A stretch of DNA of 39,252 bases. It comes from a virus (lineage: Duplodnaviria; Caudoviricetes). Positions 35,335-39,252 of this stretch are shown piece by piece. Both the position numbers and the translations under genes were made by a program. Numbering within the stretch: the first letter of the stretch is position 1; every line of letters starts with the position of its first letter. Below the pieces are notes generated by a model. The model ran no database searches and had not been told where the DNA came from. It saw only the letters and a program-made list of their open reading frames with translations. The stretch lies in the IMG/VR virus record IMGVR_UViG_3300032277_000024, positions 1-39,252 of that record; one strand, written 5' to 3'.

Positions 35335-37633
35335 GCATGTACTCCTTAAACGTCATAGAGTTTTTGTAGTAGTGTGAGTCATGCCAAACTGAACGGGCTA
35401 ATGAATCTTCACCATAGAACTGAAGGTTAAGAACAAGGTCTGTTTTAGCCAGCATCTTCTCTAGGTCTTGGGCCAAAGCAAGAAGCTCACCCGTTGTCCA
35501 ATATTTGTTGTCATTAATTTCTACGTGCATGTACTTGGGATTACCTGCCTCGTCTTTTGAATCTTTATCCTCGTCTGCTTTACTGTCTGGAACAGAGCAA
35601 TCAAATCCAAACAGATGGATGTTTCTATACCCAAGAGTTTCAAGCAAGCCTAGTGTTCTGGTTGCGGCAGCTGTGCCTCCTGATACAAGAGAAGTTCCTG
35701 GAGGAATAGGAAGGGATGGGTCAATAACAATTTTATCAGTAACAGACATATCACGCAGCCCATCTGTAAAAGCATGGAAGCCTAATACATTATCTGTCTG
35801 TTCCATAATGTAATCAACAACAGAGATGTCTGTCATGGATGCAATAACAAACAAAGTACTGGGGTCGATGTTGCTAAACAACTCTGTGCGTACAATCCCG
35901 TGCGTACTTGTTCCTTCGATAGAACGTGGGTCTAAGATAACACAAGCATAGGGCTTGATGCCTGCTTCAAGTAGGCGTGGGTATGCGTGTTTAACACACC
36001 AGATTTTCCCCTTGGTTTTCTTCTGAATCTTTTTAATTTCTTTAACATCAAACGTACCACCAGATACAATGATTGCGTGGTCGTTAGTTGACTTGTAGTT
36101 TTTAATCCACTCAAAGTTTTTAATCTTAGGTACGTTGTATCTGATGTTGTCTTTGATGTGGTCTTCTGGCATACAGTCTTTAGGCTTAACGATAATAGGA
36201 ACACGCATCAAGTCTTTCGGTACAGTCTTCTCGTCCTTGTGCGTAACAACTGCAAGATGTACGTTACCACCAAATGCTGTCTTGTCCTGCGATGGAAGAA
36301 CTACTTTGTTTCTGCTTTTGATTTCGTCAAAGGTTCTTATGATTCCGTTATACTCTGGGTTGTCAAGAAACTCCTTGTCCTCATGTGAGTAGAAGTCATC
36401 GAAGACAACAACGGGTACTTCTTCTAAGTAGCTATAGTCGTTCTTCACTGTGTCATATGAATGGCCGCCATCAATGTAGGCAAAGTCTACGTCATCGAAC
36501 CTAGCGTTAGCCATTGTTTCATTTGTGTTACCAGCATATAAACGATACGTGAATGTTTTACCTGCCTCTTTCATTTTGACAGTAAAGTCAGCAAGCCTTT
36601 TGCTGACAGCTTCGGTATAGTTATGGGGCTTGATGTTAAGCTCAAGCTTATCAGTCTCGTCTGTGGCTTCTTCAAACAAATCAAAGCCACGATAGTGTAC
36701 CGTATCTACAGCATCAAAGGCCGCAAGAGCCATCTCAATAGCCCTGCCACCATTCCAAGTGCCTGTTTCTACAACAGTGAAGCTGCTCTTATCTGCTGAG
36801 TAATGACGAACTAGACCCGCTAGTTTCTTGTACCGTTCCGCATGAATGTCTGCTGACACTTTGTTAGAATTATCTTGAACTTTATTTTCAGTATCAAATT
36901 TAAGGTTGCCCTTGTTGTGTGTGAAGTATTCGTCTAGCATACAGTTCTCGAAGACAGCCAGCCCACGCACACCTTCCGATAGGTTGCGTACCTTTGCGCC
37001 GTGAGCCTCGTAGATTTTAAGCAGACGTGTAAACACAAAGGCGTCTGTCCATTCACGATACCCAAACACTTCGTCTGTATCGTACGCACCACGGAGGTCA
37101 ACAAGTATAGAGGCAGCGTTATGATACTCCATGTTAAATGCCATAAAGCCTGTCTCACTGTAGTCAATGTCAACACGGCCAAGATGTACAATGTCTACCT
37201 CTGGAATCATAATCTTAGCAGCGTCTTCTTCCTTGAACATTTTCTTGGTAACTGTGTCGGCATCAATCCAGGCAAGCCAACCCTTGTCTTCGTTATCAAT
37301 CATCTCAAGCGCAACGTCTGTTAGTGCATAGACCTTGTGACAAAAGCGAAGCGCATCCATACGATAGTTGTATGGTGCTTCAACGTACCTGCCGTTCTTG
37401 TCCTTGTGTCGGCCAATAAAGTTGTTACGTGCTTCAATAGTTTCAATATGACGATACTCAATTACTGTGCTGAAGTCGTTGTATGGTAGCTCGTCAAGGC
37501 TATCATAACCTTCGACATATACAATAAGCTTTGTGTCGTTTGGCTTCCACTTATTAGCCACGGACTCAAGCATCTTTTTGCCATATACATCATAGTCTTC
37601 TTTTCTAAATGTTGTTACAAAGGTATAAGACAT
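35321..37633 (-). CDS. Three-domain fusion: GT-A glycosyltransferase + class I SAM methyltransferase (Methyltransf_24-like) + Maf/DUF115-like domain
   Basis: RFCHKVYAL...WIDAD; VETGTWNG, FDLFE, YIDGGHSYDTV..DY, VVFDDF; AIIVSGG, L.EAGIKP...LDP, GGTAA...LGYRNIHLFGFD. Start 37633 by TAATG coupling. Confidence 0.8.
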   Translation of the reverse strand: MSYTFVTTFRKEDYDVYGKKMLESVANKWKPNDTKLIVYVEGYDSLDELPYNDFSTVIEYRHIETIEARNNFIGRHKDKNGRYVEAPYNYRMDALRFCHKVYALTDVALEMIDNEDKGWLAWIDADTVTKKMFKEEDAAKIMIPEVDIVHLGRVDIDYSETGFMAFNMEYHNAASILVDLRGAYDTDEVFGYREWTDAFVFTRLLKIYEAHGAKVRNLSEGVRGLAVFENCMLDEYFTHNKGNLKFDTENKVQDNSNKVSADIHAERYKKLAGLVRHYSADKSSFTVVETGTWNGGRAIEMALAAFDAVDTVHYRGFDLFEEATDETDKLELNIKPHNYTEAVSKRLADFTVKMKEAGKTFTYRLYAGNTNETMANARFDDVDFAYIDGGHSYDTVKNDYSYLEEVPVVVFDDFYSHEDKEFLDNPEYNGIIRTFDEIKSRNKVVLPSQDKTAFGGNVHLAVVTHKDEKTVPKDLMRVPIIVKPKDCMPEDHIKDNIRYNVPKIKNFEWIKNYKSTNDHAIIVSGGTFDVKEIKKIQKKTKGKIWCVKHAYPRLLEAGIKPYACVILDPRSIEGTSTHGIVRTELFSNIDPSTLFVIASMTDISVVDYIMEQTDNVLGFHAFTDGLRDMSVTDKIVIDPSLPIPPGTSLVSGGTAAATRTLGLLETLGYRNIHLFGFDCSVPDSKADEDKDSKDEAGNPKYMHVEINDNKYWTTGELLALAQDLEKMLAKTDLVLNLQFYGEDSLARSVWHDSHYYKNSMTFKEYMRGKS

Positions 37634-38397
37634 TACATATTCTCCAGTATTAGTTGTGTTGTTATTTCTTCTTCTGCTTTGTTCCACTCTTCAACGTAGG
37701 CTTCCTCAATAGGTCGGCTAGGTTTCCACTTATCAAACCATGGGCCACCCGTTGTAAAGTGTACGTTCTTTGCTTCCACCTCTGGGGCGCTGTGTGCATC
37801 AAGCCAGTTCCATTCGGGATGAATAGCACCAATCTCTGAGTCTTCCAGCCAGCTAAAAGAATGCAGCCACCCACCAGCCTTTAGATTAACATCGTCTACT
37901 GTAAGCTTTAGGTTGGAGGGGTGACCGCAGTTGAACAGCATGAAGCTAGACCAGTTCTTTCTTCTGTAACGTGCTTGCGCTACGCCATCCATCTTTGTTT
38001 TGTTAGCTGGTTCGTATTTATGTTGTACGCATTGAACTGCATACTGTGTGTTCTTTCCATAGACATCGAAGATACCCGCAATGTCTGCACGTACAAACAT
38101 GTCGGCATCCATAAACAAGGCCATACCATCGTACTGATTCAATGCGGGTACGAGGAAGCGGGTGAAGGTAAAGTCTGTACTGAATGGTCTGTTATCAAAC
38201 ACATCATATCGTTGGTGCGGCTCGTGCGGAAAGACCTTAGAGGCACGGCGGTACAAGCCGTTGCGCCGTAACGCAGGCTCGTTCAGAGGGATGATGTCAT
38301 ATTCTTTGTTGTACTTACGGATAGAGTGTACCAGAACCTCGAAGGCTCGATGGTCACGCACGTCATACCCGACATAAATTACTGGTCTTTTCTTCAT
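37633..38397 (-). CDS. Glycosyltransferase, GT8/CDI-like
   Basis: IYVGYD.R, STDFTFTRFLVP, LFMDADM (DxD), RKNWSSFMLFNC, WNWL and HFTTGGPWF; AGGAG SD. Confidence 0.88.
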   Translation of the reverse strand: MKKRPVIYVGYDVRDHRAFEVLVHSIRKYNKEYDIIPLNEPALRRNGLYRRASKVFPHEPHQRYDVFDNRPFSTDFTFTRFLVPALNQYDGMALFMDADMFVRADIAGIFDVYGKNTQYAVQCVQHKYEPANKTKMDGVAQARYRRKNWSSFMLFNCGHPSNLKLTVDDVNLKAGGWLHSFSWLEDSEIGAIHPEWNWLDAHSAPEVEAKNVHFTTGGPWFDKWKPSRPIEEAYVEEWNKAEEEITTQLILENM

Positions 38398-38415
38398 AAC
38401 ATCTCCTAATAGGTA

Positions 38416-38468
38416 ATGGTGGTGAGCCGAGAGGGATTGAGAGAGAAGGAGGTTCAGCCCACCACCAT
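38416..38468 (-). promoter_or_regulatory. 5'-leader RNA hairpin with anti-SD loop (cis element or sRNA)
   Basis: 15-bp stem AUGGUGGUGGGCUGA/UCGGCUCACCACCAU with two G-U pairs that form only on the minus strand; 23-nt loop starting ACCUCCUU. Confidence 0.7.
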
Positions 38469-38472
38469 GTAT

Positions 38473-38501
38473 ATTATATAAAATTATATATTAAATGTCA
38501 A
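38473..38501 (-). promoter_or_regulatory. Perfect consensus sigma70 promoter TTGACA-17-TATAAT
   Basis: Minus strand: TTGACA at 38501-38496, 17-nt spacer, TATAAT at 38478-38473. Confidence 0.88.
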
Positions 38502-38509
38502 GAAGTTTT

Positions 38510-39133
38510 TTAGAAGTAGACAACAGCCGTATTAGAAAAAGAAAGCAAAGCTCCGTGGCCTTGTAGTGTTATTCTATTTTGTCCTTCTTTAAACGGGATT
38601 GGATTTGCAATTCTGTGTAAGAACAAACCACTACTTATGTATATGTTTCCTGCGGTGTATGGCTTGTATTGTTCTCGTCCTTCTTCGTCAACATAATCTA
38701 AGCCTCCAATATTATCAGGAAGAGATAGGGGAACTGTAAAGCTAAAGGGGGACGAGAATGGTTCAGGCCACCTTACGTTTTGAAAGGCTAAGTCAAGATG
38801 CCAGTCTGCTTGTGCGCCGTTAGCCCTGTCATCAAACACATGGAAGCCAACCCGCCCTGCATTAGGCATGTCTACAACTGATACATTAAACAACGAGGAC
38901 AGTTTGTTTTTGGTTGCTGTTATCAAGTCAGAAAAGTTAGCATCAATTATTGGGTTTGTTTCAGAATACTTTTCTACGTAATCATTAAGGGAATCCAAAT
39001 AGGCAGATGCTCCTAGCGTTGAGAACTTATTATCGCCTCTTTCATAGAAAGAATTACTTAACGATAGAACTTTATCGGCCTCCTCTTTAGCGGCGGCGGG
39101 TGATAAGAATGTTTCTTCTTCAATAATATTCAT
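38510..39133 (-). CDS. 2OG-Fe(II) oxygenase superfamily protein
   Basis: WHLD (HxD), SFTVPL, GGL, FLHRI (distal His) and NRITLQG (2OG-binding Arg). Confidence 0.75.
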   Translation of the reverse strand: MNIIEEETFLSPAAAKEEADKVLSLSNSFYERGDNKFSTLGASAYLDSLNDYVEKYSETNPIIDANFSDLITATKNKLSSLFNVSVVDMPNAGRVGFHVFDDRANGAQADWHLDLAFQNVRWPEPFSSPFSFTVPLSLPDNIGGLDYVDEEGREQYKPYTAGNIYISSGLFLHRIANPIPFKEGQNRITLQGHGALLSFSNTAVVYF

Positions 39134-39252
39134 TTACTTGTGCCACATACCTTTCAGTCTTTGTTTAGCTGCTAAGTTTGCTGCTTTCTTTTCTTCATGT
39201 GTCATTGCTTGCCAGTTCTCCAAGTCACGTGACGTGCGGCCACAATGTATAC
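39134..39252 (-). CDS. DUF1289-like small Cys protein (5'-truncated, not in ORF track)
   Basis: Hand translation (C)IHCGRTSRDLENWQAMTHEEKKAANLAAKQRLKGMWHK*, matching CxxCGRT...W..M...EK. Confidence 0.6.
   Translation of the reverse strand, partial: IHCGRTSRDLENWQAMTHEEKKAANLAAKQRLKGMWHK

Noticed and set aside
1-39252. tRNA genes, integrase, transposase, introns/inteins, alternative genetic code
   Set aside because: No cloverleaf-like intergenic sequence or matching motifs seen; genes are intact and densely packed under the standard code.

Overview
This window is about 39 kb of a tailed dsDNA phage genome, most likely podovirus-like and of a type common in aquatic metagenomes; host and taxon cannot be established from sequence alone. 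The + strand (1-33868) is a nearly complete virion module. It runs: terminase large subunit (3' part), portal, GroES, scaffold, decoration-like protein, major capsid, two adaptor-like genes around a cluster of small Lys/Arg-rich proteins, two tail fibres each followed by a tip-like gene and accessory genes (including a Coq4-like protein), a gp10-like nozzle, ejection proteins, a T4-type lysozyme and a holin-like gene. The - strand (33858-39252) is a convergent block: DUF1289-like, 2OG-Fe(II) oxygenase, GT8/CDI-like glycosyltransferase, a GT+methyltransferase+Maf-like fusion, a terminase-small-subunit-like gene and GDP-mannose 4,6-dehydratase. The most interesting signals are (1) a putative virion glycosylation operon behind a perfect sigma70 promoter, with a 5' hairpin displaying an anti-Shine-Dalgarno sequence, (2) small basic proteins sharing short peptide tags (C-terminal HNR[LI]Y, RGxGxAQRGxG, xxxGGx[IV]), (3) paired fibre/tip/'WWY-protein' cassettes, (4) repeated host-type promoters, and (5) apparent GATC avoidance. 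All family assignments are from motif recognition by eye; no searches were run. I found no tRNA, rRNA, CRISPR array, integrase or transposase.
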